DNA of 64,000 nucleotides from Cyanophora paradoxa CCMP329 (taxonomy: Eukaryota > Plantae > Glaucophyta): positions 372,001-436,000 of the forward strand of contig QPMI01000520.1 in the NCBI GenBank assembly GCA_004431415.1, in the 5' to 3' direction. Under the pieces are notes generated by a model. That model did no database searches and was not told the origin of the DNA. It saw only the letters and a program-made list of their open reading frames with translations. Positions 47,794-60,300 of this stretch are shown here, piece by piece (position 1 is the stretch's first letter; the number at the start of each line of letters is the position of its first letter). Made by a program: the position numbers and the translations under genes.

Positions 47794-49042
47794 CTATATG
47801 GAGACAAGGGCGGAAGGGAAGCGGGTAATTTGGCCCTCGGCAGAGACGGCCATGCTGTTCTTGTGGATCTCGAAGCGGGCGACCTGCCGGCGGCCGTAAG
47901 CGGGAGCCAGGGGGCCCCGGGGCGGGACGGGGCGGGCGCGCCTTGAGTATGAGGCCGGAGAGGTCGACTGTCATACCGTTGAAGAAGCCCTCGAGCTCGC
48001 GCCCGACGGCGGCCGCGTCCACGGCCGCCGCCGCCGCGTCGACGGGCCCCACGGGCTCCCCCTCCTCCGCCGACTCGAAGGCGATCTTGCCGCCCGGCTG
48101 CACCCGCAGCGTGCACACCAGCGCCCGCCCGCCGTACTCCACCTGCCGCCCGACGACGGTCAGGGCCGGGGCCAGGCGGGGCGGGGCGAGCAGCAGGGGT
48201 GCGCGCCATGGAGGCCACGGAGCTCTCGTCGATGGACTTGACGCCCACGAAGCGGATCTCGTGGCCCTCCAGCAGCAGCCGCGGGAACGTGTCCCGTAGA
48301 ATCGGGCTGCCCCCGAGGGCGTGAGGTCCGCTGCAGGGAGGCGGGGGCGGGCCGGCACCTGGAGACGAAGCGATTGAAGTCCTGCGCGTTGAGGACGAGC
48401 TTCGAGACGGCCTTGCTGGGGGTTACGAGCCGGATCTGGCCCGTCGACGCAAAATGCTGCAGGTCAAACCGGATGGCGTCCGTCTGCACGTTGATGCTCC
48501 TGCGGGTCCGTGCCGTCAGGAGCGCACGGAGGATGGCCGCGAAGGGCGGCTCGCCGGCAGCTGAGGCCGCCGGGGCTCTCCCAGCCCTGGCCCTCGACGA
48601 CCACCTCGTCCACCGTCCCGCCGAGGAGAGTGAACAGGTTGTTGCTGACAACGCGTACGTTGATCCTGCTGGGGCGGTCAAGCGATGCCCGCCACGACAC
48701 AGCGGGGGGCGCCAACCTGTCGCATCTGCGCAGGACGGCCTTTATCGCAAGGCGCGAAATGTTGGATAGCACCTCCGTGTTGAAGCCGCTGACGAGTGCG
48801 ACGGGGGAGACGAACTGGGTGGCTGCGCTGCGCTGTCCGTAGAACTGGGGGGTCGGCCGGCTCTCTTCGTTGTAGAAGCCCATCATATCCCGCCGGGTGC
48901 GCATGAGCGCATCGCCTTCGCGGCGCGCTGAGCTTGAGGGGCATGCCCCCGCGGCTGTGCAGAACGAGCCGCGGGTCCCCGCGCGCGACGGAGGCGCCGT
49001 CGGCGGCGGAATAACAAATGCTGGTATGCCGTAAGCTAACAT
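47794..49042 (-). CDS. DUF2993/LmeA-like protein, probably plastid-targeted
   Basis: INVRVVSNNLFTLLGGTVDEVVVEGQGW...LVLNAQDFNRFVSSPIL. Transit-like N-terminus MLAYGIPAFV. 3 of 4 introns are GC-AG. Confidence 0.65.
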
Positions 49043-49385
49043 TCGCCTTGGCTCAGCGCTCACGTAAACACGTGAAAAAGATTTGCGGGCCGCGGTGGGC
49101 GCTCAGCTGGACTCGAAGAACGCGGCGGCGTAGCTACGAACCGCAGATCCTTGGCACGGCCGGCTGCTTGCGTTAGCGATAACTTCTGAGCTTCAAAGCT
49201 TGAAGCTTGCTCTACCCGGGTACGGAAGGTTTCGGCGTCCTCGGCGGAGCGAGCGTCGCGGCGTTGCCTCGGGTCTCAGCGCTTGTTAGCTAGCGGGTGT
49301 CCGTTTTGCGGGACATCGAGCGCGTCCTGAGACCGGCGGACCGACTCGACAGTGCTGCCATCTCCGACAGCGTCGCAGCTCAGCG

Positions 49386-50399
49386 ATGGGGGACCTCCTG
49401 CTCGATAGCGCCATCAGGGATTGGGTCCTGCTCCCTCTCGCCGCGGTGCTCGTCTTCGTGGACCTCCTGCGCCACTGGATCACCAAGGCGGCCTCCTCCG
49501 AGAAGAAGCTCGAGCTGAAAGAGATCCAGTCGTCGTGCGCTCAAGCGGAAGAGCTCCGTCGACGCTCCGCGGGCGCTCACTCCCCCCCGCAGGCAAACCC
49601 TCATTCGCGCGGCCTGGCTGCGGCGAGGCGCGGTCTCGATTCCGCCCGCTGCCTTCAAGATGCGCAAGGCGTACTTCACGAACAAAATCGACGGCGTCCT
49701 CCATATGCCGGTGCGGCGCCGTGTGCGCGGAACATCCGCAGCTAGCGAGCTGATGCGCGCTGCAGAGCAAGCCGCAGGACCCAATGTCGATGATGAACCC
49801 CGAGCCGATGATGGACATGATGAAGAAGAACCTATTCTCCAACATCCTGCCTAACATCCTCATCATGGGTTGGATCAGCTACTTCTTCTCTGGCTTTCTC
49901 GTCGGTGCGGTGCCTCTGCGCCCTGCGCGAGCGCTGCCGCTTACGGGGGCTCATGCAGCCAAGATGCCCTTCCCCCTCACGCCCAAATTCAAGGCAATGC
50001 TGCAGCGCGGCGTGGACCTGGCCGACCTGGACCCCACCTACATCTCGGCCCTCTCGTGGTATTTCCTGAGCATGTACGGGCGCCGCGGCATCATGGAGCT
50101 GCTGCTTGGAGACACCTCGAACAGTGCGCCCTGCACCGCGCGCCGCGTCGCGTGCTCACTGACGCGCAACGGCAGTCATGGACGAGAGCAAGATGATGAC
50201 GATGCAGATGCAGGCGATGAACCAGCCCGGGCAGGACGTGGCGAAGATGTACGCCGGCGAGCGCGAGAATATCGACCTGATGCAGCACGTCTGGCTCGTC
50301 GACCAGTCCGAGAAAATGCTGCTCGGCGTCATCCAGGCCGAGAAGCAGGCCCGCGCCTCCGGTCCCGCCAAGGACGCCGCCCTCAAGAAGGATGAGTAG
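49386..50399 (+). CDS. EMC3: ER membrane protein complex subunit 3
   Basis: LLLDSAIRDWVLLP, IMGWISYFFSGFL, KMPFPLTPKFKAMLQRG, SALSWYFL, MYAGERENI. Confidence 0.95.
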
Positions 50400-51106
50400 A
50401 CCTCGATTTCAGCCCCTTGTATATTCATAATCCCGACCTTCTCCCTGGCCTGCCGCGTTACCCTACCCAGGTCTCGGGGACGGGGCTGGGGCCGGGGGCC
50501 GGGGGTGAAAGGCCTTCATAGCATCGACCCGCCGCGGCCGGGCCCATGGCCGGCGCGGCCGCCGGGCGATGCAGTGCCGATCGTCCACCGCGATATTTCA
50601 TTATCGATATCGCGTGTGCGCGGCCCGCGCGGGCCGGGCGGTCGCCGAGCCGGCGCCACGCGCCGCGCATGCGCAAGCACACGGCCCGGCCGGCGCCACG
50701 TATGCCGCCAGCTACTTTAGAACTAGCTATATAGAGCAAGGCATGCAGACCCTAGGCCTGCACATGCTAGCGCAAGCGCTTCTGTGGCCGCCGGGCTCTA
50801 CGTATACATGCCGGCGCCGCTGCGCAGTGCCAGACTCGAGATCTGAGATCTAGAGATGGTGGAATCATGCATGGCATGACCGGACAGGGCCCCGAAAATC
50901 GAGATATCGATGACATGCCCACCCAAGTGCGCGGTGGCGCGAGACGCGAGATTTGACACCCGCCATGTCATTGAATTGCGAGGAAGAACAGGACAGCGGA
51001 CGGGTCTACGAGATCAGACCAGGGGTGAAAGGCCTTTTGCGATGTTTTCGCTAATGCTCTAATCGCCGCGGGCCGGGCGGCGCAAGCTTCGCATCTTCGA
51101 GGATGC

Positions 51107-52391
51107 CTAGTACTTGTCCGCGGCCGGCTTCTCGTACGACACCGGGACCTTCGACGACTTGGCCAGGTAGTCAGTGAACTCCTGCTCGCCCGGGCGTCAT
51201 CAGCACGAATTCGAGGGCCGGGGGCCGGCGGGCGCGGACCTGGAAGGGCTGCTTGGAGAAGCGGGTCTCCTTCCAGAGGTCAGGGCTGAGGAACGAGTAG
51301 GCCGAGGCGATGGCGAAGAAGGTCGCCTTCAGGAAGTTGCCCATGGTCTTGGTGGAGCCGCGGGTCTGGGTGTAGACGTCCTCAATGCCGGCCATCTGGA
51401 GCAGCTTCTTCGGAGTACGGGCCGCGACGAGGCCGGTACCACGGGGAGCCGGGACCAGGCGCACAGTGACGGAGCCGCAGCGGCCAGTGTTCTAGGGTGC
51501 GATCAGATCAGACGGGCATGCGCTCTGGGCGGGGACGCGTCGAAGGCGCCTACCTTGGTCGGGATGGTGTGCGGGAGACCGATCTTGGAGCCCCAGAAGC
51601 CACGGCGCACGGGCAGGACCGCGAGCTTGGCCGCGATGATGGCACCACGGATGGCGGTGGCCACCTCCTTCGCGCACTTCACGCCGAGACCGACGTGGCC
51701 GTCGTAGTCGCCGACAACGACGAACGCCTTGAAGCGGGTGCGCTGGCCGGCACGGGTCTGCTTCTGGACGGGCATGATCTTCATCACCTCGTCCTTCAGC
51801 TTGCCGCCGAGGAAGAAGTCCACAATCTGGTACTCCTTGATGGGGATGGAGAACAGGTAGATCTGCTCCAGCGTCTTGATCTTGCCGTCCTTCACCAGGC
51901 GCCCGAGCTTGGTCACGGGGACCCACTCCTTCTCGTCATCCTTGGTGGCACGGCCACGGCCACGGCCACGGCCACTGCGAAACGCACAGACAATCAGCGA
52001 CGTGCCGCGCATCGAGAGAAGAGGAGGCGCGGCCCAATGCGTCGGATTCTCATCGGGCTCGATCCCGGAGCCATTCGAGCGGGAGGGCCGGGCGTCTCGA
52101 GCGGCAAACTGCACTATTCGTGTGTGGCTAACGCCGCATAGCCTCTTCTATGAGCCCCAACGGCTGCGTCGCACCGGTCGCCGCGATCGCCACGGCCACG
52201 GTCGCCACGGCCGCCGCGCTCGCCACGGCCACGCCCGCCGCGCCCGAAACCGCCACGGAAACCACCGCGTCCGCCTGCAAGGAGACGAGATTGTTTGATA
52301 AGACGCGGGTCGGCCAGGAACGGGGATCAGCGCTCTGCATCATCAGCCGCCCGCGGCTCCGCCGGGAGAACACACCTTCAGCGTCACCCAT
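51107..52391 (-). CDS. RPS2: 40S ribosomal protein S2 (uS5)
   Basis: RGG-rich N-terminus, [38 protein letters not shown]. Four GT-AG introns. Confidence 0.98.
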
Positions 52392-54497
52392 TCTGCGAGG
52401 ACAATGCCGTGTCAGGAGAGCGTCCTGCAAGCGCGCCCGCGCTCTTTCGCACCTGGTCTGGTATGCGTACCCCCGAGCGGCCCTCCCCCCCCGTAGGCTG
52501 TTGCTCGCGCCGCCCCCGTCTCCTCCTTCTCCTCCTCTTCTGCCTCCGCGGGGCCGCCGGCGGCGGAGCCGACGCCGCGGGTGGACGGGCCGCAGGCGCC
52601 GGCGCCGACGGCGCGCTCGGGGGTGGACGAGGAGGAGGAGATCGGCGCCGAATCGCACCTGCCCCTCTACGACCAGCCAGTAGGTAGCACCGCCGCTTCT
52701 AGCTCGCGTAGTCCGCAGCTAGTATGCCAGTGTTATCAATGTGCAGGCACTCATCCTGGACTCACGCCAGCTATCTAGCCAAGTCGTCTTCTCCTTGCCC
52801 GCGAGCCGGAGTTAGCTATAGCTTAGGAGTCGGTTTGCACTGCGCCCGCCAGCTGGAGTTGGCGCCGGCGCCGGCCGATCATGATCAAGGCCCGCGCTTC
52901 ACGATGCCCGCGTTCGACGGGCTCCAGGCCGTGGTCCCCAGCGGCCGCGGGCCGAGCCACGTCTCCAGAATCTCATGATCTCAGGCTGGCCATGGAGGAA
53001 GGCTGGCCCATACGCGCCGTGTGCAGATTCGAAATTCGCGCCGCGGCGCTGAGCGCTAGCTATATATAGCTCAAGCCTTGAAGTGATCATGAGCTGATCA
53101 TGATCATCGGATCATGAAGGCTGGCCCGTGCGCTGGAGGAACTTCGGAAGGCTGGCCCAGTCCGACGGTCACAGTGCACGTGTACGTGCCTGAATTTACA
53201 AGGTACAGCCTGTCATGCTGCGGCCGCTCACAGCGTTCGGCAGGATCGGAGGTGACAGCGCTAGCGCTAGCGCTAGCGCTCGCTGGCGGTGCCGGCGCCG
53301 GCCCGGCCCGCGCCGCGGCGGCCGCGGGCAAGAACGTCACGGCCATCACCTTCTATTCCTTCTCCGAGGCTCTTCCGAAGTTCAGGCGCGGCCAGTGTGT
53401 GCTTGGTCGCCGCTTGTCCTGAGCTTCTCCTGCAGGGACTCGGGAGAGAGAATTTCTGAGACCATTCGAGCTCGAGCGAGCTGCAGCTGCAGCTGCAGCC
53501 GATGCGCTGCGCATGCAGGCGGACATCACCCGCGACGGCTTCCTCGCCCGAGAGCCTCGGAGCGGCCGGATGCCGCGCCTCAAGTCCATAAAGCCGCTCA
53601 GCGGCTGAAGACCCGTGGTGGTGGTTGGCAGCCGCGCCGGCGGCGCCGACGTACGCCCCCGGCCCGCTGGCCTCCCCGCAGACCGAGGCCTAGACGAGCC
53701 TCGTGGACTCCGGTCGCGGCGACGTCCTTCGCTCGATCCCGCCAACGGCCTTCGAGAGCTCTCCCTCCTCTCTGTCCCCTGCGCGGTCGCTAGCAACCAC
53801 CCCGCCCGCTCGCTCCGGTCCGCCTCCTCCACGCCCCCGTCGGGGCCTTCGAAATTCGCCATGGCCAGCCTCCACGACCGCGCGAAGCTCGAGTTGCATC
53901 TCCCAGGATGTACTGTGAGTCCAGCGCCCCTGGCCTGGCCGCAGTGGCCACTGGGCCATGGTCGGTGCGGGCTCAGCGGCTCCCGCTCATGAGCTCGGCG
54001 ACGGCTTCGCAGCATGGCAGGAGCTCGCCAGCCTCTGCAGAAGCGCCATGGCCAGCGCGCAGCGGGCCTCACTGACCTGTTGGACAAGGCGGCAGCGGAT
54101 CCGGAGGGCATCTTGAAGCTCTCCACCCTCGAGCGCCGTCACGTCATGGCCCGGGTTGAGTCTCCTGCTGCAGTGGAACCCCCGGGGCGCCCACCCCCCT
54201 TCCTAGAAGGAGGAATTGTATTAGCCTAACGCTTCGTTTTGTTGGCGGGTGACCGCCCCATGGCCACAGTCCGCAAGCAGCGAGTTCCGAAGTTCGATGA
54301 AGACTGAGATGTCCCCCTGGCCTTGGTACACGGCATCCCTAGGCCTCCGCCGGCCCCCCTCCCCCCCCCCCCCCCCCTCCTCGAGCCGCCATACCCTTCC
54401 CCCCCCCCCCCCCCTCCGCGTCTCCGTGCTTGCAATACTGTGTTCGCATCTTGATCATGAGGCGACACGAGGAGCTGAGCGGGGCGGGCGGGCCGGG

Positions 54498-56753
54498 CTA
54501 GTCGGCGAGCTGGACGGGGATGAGGACCTCGTTCCTGCGCATGCGCACATGGGGCGTCAGCTGCAGGCGGCAGGGGGCGAGGCAGGCAGGGCGGGCGGGC
54601 CTCCTGCGGAAAGGGGGCGTGGAGGGGTCGTTGTACTGGGCGAGGCGGAACTGGGCGCCCGGCACGACGGCGATCCCGTCCCGCTCCAGCAGGCCCTCCA
54701 GCTCCCGCTTCTTGCGCGCCACCACCGGCTGCCGGCCCGCCCCTCAGGGTCCGCCCCGCACGCGCGAGCCGGGGCGCCTCGCACCCCGAGGGCGACGCCG
54801 CTGAACTTGAGCACCGCGAAGCGCTCCTTCGGCCGCTCCACCAGCTGCCGCCGCCGGCCGTCACGGCGTGAGCGGGGCGGGGGACTGCGCCGCGCGGGCC
54901 GTCGGGCGACGGCGGCTCGCGCCGCGGACCTGGATGCTGGAGTCGGCGGGGCGGGGCAGCTGCGGGGTGTCGAACTTGGACCTGCGGAGGGTCGGGCGCT
55001 GGAGAGGCAGAAGGGGGCGAAAGGATATGGGCGCGGTGACGCACTCCATGACGAATGCCATACGGGCGGCGCGGCTGCGAGAAGGCGGCGGCGGGGTCAG
55101 GGCGGCAGGGCGGACGAGGTTGGGTCGGGGCGGGTGCGGGCGGGGCGGACTCGGCGTCGGGCCCCTCGTAGGTGGAGAAGACGGGGGCCGTCATCGCCAT
55201 CTTCTCCTCCCGCTCGTTGCGCCCGAAGATGTACCCGGCCAGGCTCTGGAAGGCCGACGAGCCGCCCAGCGGGTTCCCCGCGATCGCCACCTCCGCCTCC
55301 ACGAACCGCTCGTACTCCCGCACTGCGTTGCCCGGCGCCTCACGGCGCGCCCGGCGCGAGGGCGGGCCCCCGAGGCCGCGCGGGCGCACCCTCGTACTCG
55401 GCGAAGCTGAGGGGTCCAAGCCGGGGAAGGTGAGGGGGGCGGGGCAGGGTTCGGGCGGGGCGGGGGGCGGAGGAGCCGGGGCGCGCACCGGCGGACGACG
55501 ATGTTCGGGGGCTCCTCCACGTTCGCCTTCTTCATCACCTGCTCCCGCACGATCTGCGACCCCGTGAGCAGCTGCGGCGGAGGGCTGGGCGGGGCGCGGA
55601 GGGGGGCGGACCTGCTTGGTCATGTCGAAGATGGCCTGCCAGGCGGCCGGCTCGCGCGGCAGCGAGTCCCACGCGTCCACGTGCGCGATCACTTTCCCCG
55701 CCTCGTTCAGAGTGTACGTCGTCTCCCCTGCGCACGCGCCCCGCCCCGCCGCTCGCCGCGCGCGGCGCCTTGAGCCTGCGGCGGCGTGCACCGGTGACCC
55801 AGAAGGGCATCTTCCAGGACTTGGGGTTGCTGAAGGACATCGTCCAGCGCGCCGAGATGGTCCTTGATGCGGGGCAGGCGGGTGGGGTCAGAGGGCGGAG
55901 GGGGCAGCTGCAGGGTGCGCTCGGGGCGGGGGCGGGGCGCACCGCGGGCCGGTCGGCGTCATGCGGAGGAACTTGAGGGTGCTCTTCGGCGAGGTGCTCT
56001 TCAGCGAGTTGATCATCGCCAGGAACGCCGGCTTCCCCTACGCCCCCCGGGCCCCGCGTCGGAGCCGGCCCCCGCGCCGCCTCGAGTGCGCCTGGCGCTA
56101 GCCAGCTCGCGCTTACCCAGATCTTCGTTGTGGGATCCTATTGCAATTGATAGGGTAGCGGGGGAGTCGTAAGGTTAGCAATAGAAGGGGCGTTGGGGTG
56201 TGCTTGAAGGTGCGGTTTAATTGGTGTTATGTGCTGTTACCTGGTAGTACACATCGTCTGGTGGCAAGGTTAGCTAAGGGCGCTGCCCATGTTGGAGTAA
56301 CTGCAGTACCGTCGTAGATGTCGAAGGTCGCCTCTTTCGCGTCCTCCTCGAACGGCTCCGCGCCCTCGCGCTTGATGCGCTCGATGACTTCGTCTGCGGG
56401 CGCACGGTTTGGCGCGCTATTTGGGCGCCAGACATGGCCACTCACTTATGTCGAAGCTCGTGGTCGCAGCCGGCGCTTCAGCGCGGACTTCACACGTCGC
56501 CGCCGGCCGCGGCACGCGCGCCGCAGAGAACTGGCGCGGGGCGATGCCAAAGAAGCAGTTACGACCCGCGCTGACGGAGGACGCCGGCCGCCTGAGCGGC
56601 GGCGCGGCCCGAGCGGACGGCGGCGCGCGGGCGACGGCGAAAGCCGGCGCCGCGCGCACGCTCAGGGAGGGGACTGGGTGAAATCAGCCGGTGCAAACGC
56701 TGCGAAGTGGCTGGCGGAAGGGCGGCACCTGGAACGACGAAGCCGACGTGCAT
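54498..56753 (-). CDS. SOUL heme-binding protein with N-terminal SnoaL-like domain, probably plastid-targeted
   Basis: IYDDDVYYQDP, ARWTM, TGETTY...HVDAWD, AFQSLAGYIFG, KMAMTAPV, AQYNDPSTPPFRRRNEVLI. N-terminus MHVGFVV. Confidence 0.9.
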
Positions 56754-57361
56754 TTTGACCTGTACCCGACTGGGGTCTTGGGTACACGGCTGAGAGGGTC
56801 GAGCTCCGCATTGCTTGTGCAGCGGGCCAGCTTGGCCGTTGCAGCTCCGACGGCAGAGCTGAATTGTAGCTCATTGTAGCGCCCCGTCCGCCCGTGCATT
56901 CGAGAATGGTGCGTAACGGCGCCAGCGAGATGAGCCGTCCGGCGTTCGGAGAACCGCCTGTCCGCGGCGCTAGAACCTTCACATGATGCTGTGCTGCTTT
57001 CGTATAGCCTGGGCCGCGGCTCGGCGGCGTGCTCGGTTGCTCAAATCCCCCGCGCAGTCGGCGGAGGGCGAGACTGGAATCGTGGTGCGGACCAACAGAG
57101 GTCCGGAAGCCATCGTCGAGGCGGTGCGCGCTCGCCCTTCGCTCGCTGCGTCGCCTGGAGTAGAGCGTCTTTCGAACAGAAAGCGGAGGCCGCGCTTGCC
57201 GACGCGGCGCACTACTTCGTGACGGGCTCGCCCAGTGCAGATTCGGTGAGCTGCACGCGGTTTGCCATGCTCAGCTCTGCGGAACCGCCGCTTAGCCAGA
57301 ACCGCCCGCGCCTATGGCATCGCCGGGCCCTTCAGCGTATAGCTAAGCGCGCTTTCCACAG

Positions 57362-60300
57362 CTCGTCTCCACGAGCGACTCGGAGGGGTCTGTTGATGAG
57401 ACGGAGACGCTCGAGGAGCCTGCATACGTCGTGTCGCCGAAGCCGGAGCTCGCCGAGGTGGTCAGCGTCGCGGTGGAGAACGTCGTCTCCCCTACCGCAG
57501 GCCACGGACCTCAGGAGGATGGCAGCTTCGTCTTGCGTGAGCCCTCCTTCCATTCCATCTCCGTCCCCCACGGTTCGGCCCCTCGTTGCCCTTCCCTTCA
57601 CTCATGATGGCGTGCGCTGGGCGCTGATCATAGCGCTCGTTCTGCAGCCGAACCCGCAGCGGAACTTTCTTTCCATGACGTAGAACCTGTGAAGTCGGCG
57701 GCACTTGAGGCCGGCGAGACTCCGGAGCATCACGGCTCGCCCCAGTACACTCCTGCCAACACCGGCGCAGTTGTTTCGTACACGTACAGTACGGCCAACT
57801 TACCAAGCGTACCCGCCGCCGTCGTTTCAACAGGACCTGCGCGGCATGCCACCGTCTCCATGTGCCCCTCCGGCCAACACAACTTCACGAAGGATGGCGT
57901 CCCGGTGCGGCGTCTGGCGGGCCTTGTAGCGCACTCCCGCCGACACCCGCTGACCTTCGCTGCAGTATACTACCTACACGGTGACGGGCTCGGGGCAGCC
58001 CGTGTTCGATTCCTGCGAGACCGCGGAACACACCTCGGAGAGTGACCCCGTGTGCTGTTTCGGCAGCTACTACGGGACGCAGCCCGCCGTGTCGACCTCG
58101 TCGCTGCCGACGCTGGAGCCGACTTTCGAGATTACCACGCCCGTGCAGTACAGCACGACCATGAAGGGGGTCGTCGTCGACCGCGCCTGCATCATCCACG
58201 CCCCTGCCGTTCAGAGCACTTCGTTCTTCCCCCAGGAGTGCATCATCAACGGCCCCGCCCCGGTCGTCGAGAGCGTGCCGCGGGACGTCTGCGTCATCAA
58301 CACGGCCAGCCAGGCCGTATGCGGCAACGGCCTCGTCGAGGGCAATGAGGGTTGCGACGACGGGAAGTACAACGGTGCGTAGGTGGTCCAGGCCCTGCAA
58401 TCAACATCCCACTCATGTAATGCACGCAGGCGGAGATCTCTCTCACTGCCGCGCGGACTGCACCAAGGATCTTTACTGCGGCGGTGCGATCCAGAGGGAG
58501 ACGATGCGTGTTTGGAAAACTCATTGCTTCCCGATACGTGTTCAGATGGCATCCTGTCACCGGATGCGGGCGAGGTCTGCGACGAGGGCGCAGCGAACGG
58601 CACCGACCAGGTATGTCGTTGTTACACCGGCCCCGGTACTCGCGGTGATGATGGTCCGCAGTCGGACTGTGGTGCCGATTGCAAGCCGGCTCCCGTCTGC
58701 GGGTACACACGACACCTGGGGCCCAGAGCAGCTTCGCTCACGTCGTCGACTCACCCTGGCCGCTTTTCGCAGTGACGGCAAGATCGAGAGCCCTGAAGAG
58801 TGCGACGAAGGAGAGGGCAACGGAAAGGGTAGCTGCGACGAGAACTGCCGCGTCGTTCACTACTGTGCGTTCTCGTCTCACTTCTCGGGCATTGGTGTAT
58901 CTAAACCAGCCCCTCGATTAGGCGGCGATGGCGTTGTAGACGCTGGCGAGGCTTGCGGTGCGTGCACCACGCGTTCGTGTCGTAAAGTGTCGCTGATCGC
59001 TGTGGCGCAGATGACGGCGAAGCGAATGGAACGACGACGTCGGTGAATCACTGCAGTAGTCAATGCCAGGTTCGCTTTCCACACGCGGCGCTGTAGCTTG
59101 AGGTGCTCACTGATCGGCCCCGCAGATCACGCCTTGGTGTGGTGACGGCAAGATCAACGCTAAGGTCGGCGAGGAATGCGGTGCGGCTTCTGCGCATCGC
59201 TTCTTGCAGTGTCGCGCCCTGGATTACTGAGTTCTCGCAGACGACGGCGAGGCAAATGGCACCGACGACTCGCCTACGCACTGCTCTGCTCAGTGCACGG
59301 TTCTCCCGTATTGTGCGGCTGAGGCTGGTGGATTCGTGAGCGCTCGACGACGGCTAATCGATACGCTCGGCAGGCGGCGACGGAAAGGTTACCGACGGCG
59401 AGGCTTGCGGTGAGCGAGCCGAATGTCTGCGTTCTGCCCTCTATGCTGAGGTCTCACTTTTTGCAGATGACGGGGCTGAGCTCAACGGTACCGGCGCTTC
59501 GCCAAGCCACTGCTCTCCGAGCTGCACAGTCCTGCCGTACTGTGCGCATCATCACTAAGCCTCATGTCCTTACACGGGACTCATGTCTTCGTGCTTGAAT
59601 TCAGGTGGCGATGGCAAAGTAAACGCAGGCGAGCAGTGTGGTAAGCAGCTCTTGGGCCCTCTCCTGGGCGGAAGTAGCTGCAGCTTAACGCCTGTGTTGC
59701 AGACGACGGCCAGCTCAACGGCACCACCGGGAGCCCGACGCATTGCTCCGCTACCTGCGGTATCGTTGCGCACTGCGGCGATGGGCGCATCGATTCCAAC
59801 GAGCAATGTGGTACGCTCTCTACCTGTGCTCTTTCGCCCCTCGCCCTCAAGCGTACCTTGTCACAGACGATGGAGCGCTGAACGGTACCATTGCGTCGAT
59901 CGTGAGCGACTTCTTGTGCATCTTTTGGTGTCGGTTTTCTCATTCTCTTTCCTGCCAGAGCCACTGCAGTGCCCAGTGCACGACGCTGCCGTACTGTGGC
60001 GACGCTAAGGTCACTAACGGCGAGCAATGCGACGACGGGGCAGAGTTCAACGGAACGACAGCTAGCCCGGTTCGCGCCTGCCCTCCGCTTGCATTGCGGA
60101 AGGCAGGGTTTCTGACTTCCTCCTCGCCGTTAGAGCCACTGCTCGTCTGAGTGCTCAATTCTCCCATACTGTGCGTAACGTTGAACTGGTCTGTGTATTC
60201 CACGTTTGATCCCGATGCAGGCGGCGACGGGAAGGTCACATCAGGAGAGCAATGCGACGACGGCTCGCGCAATGGAACCGCTATGAGCGTGGTTCGCTCG

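Noticed and set aside
52440-54230. Additional genes between RPS2 and SOUL
   Set aside because: Only short coding-like patches are present, with no consistent spliced frame or recognisable motif.
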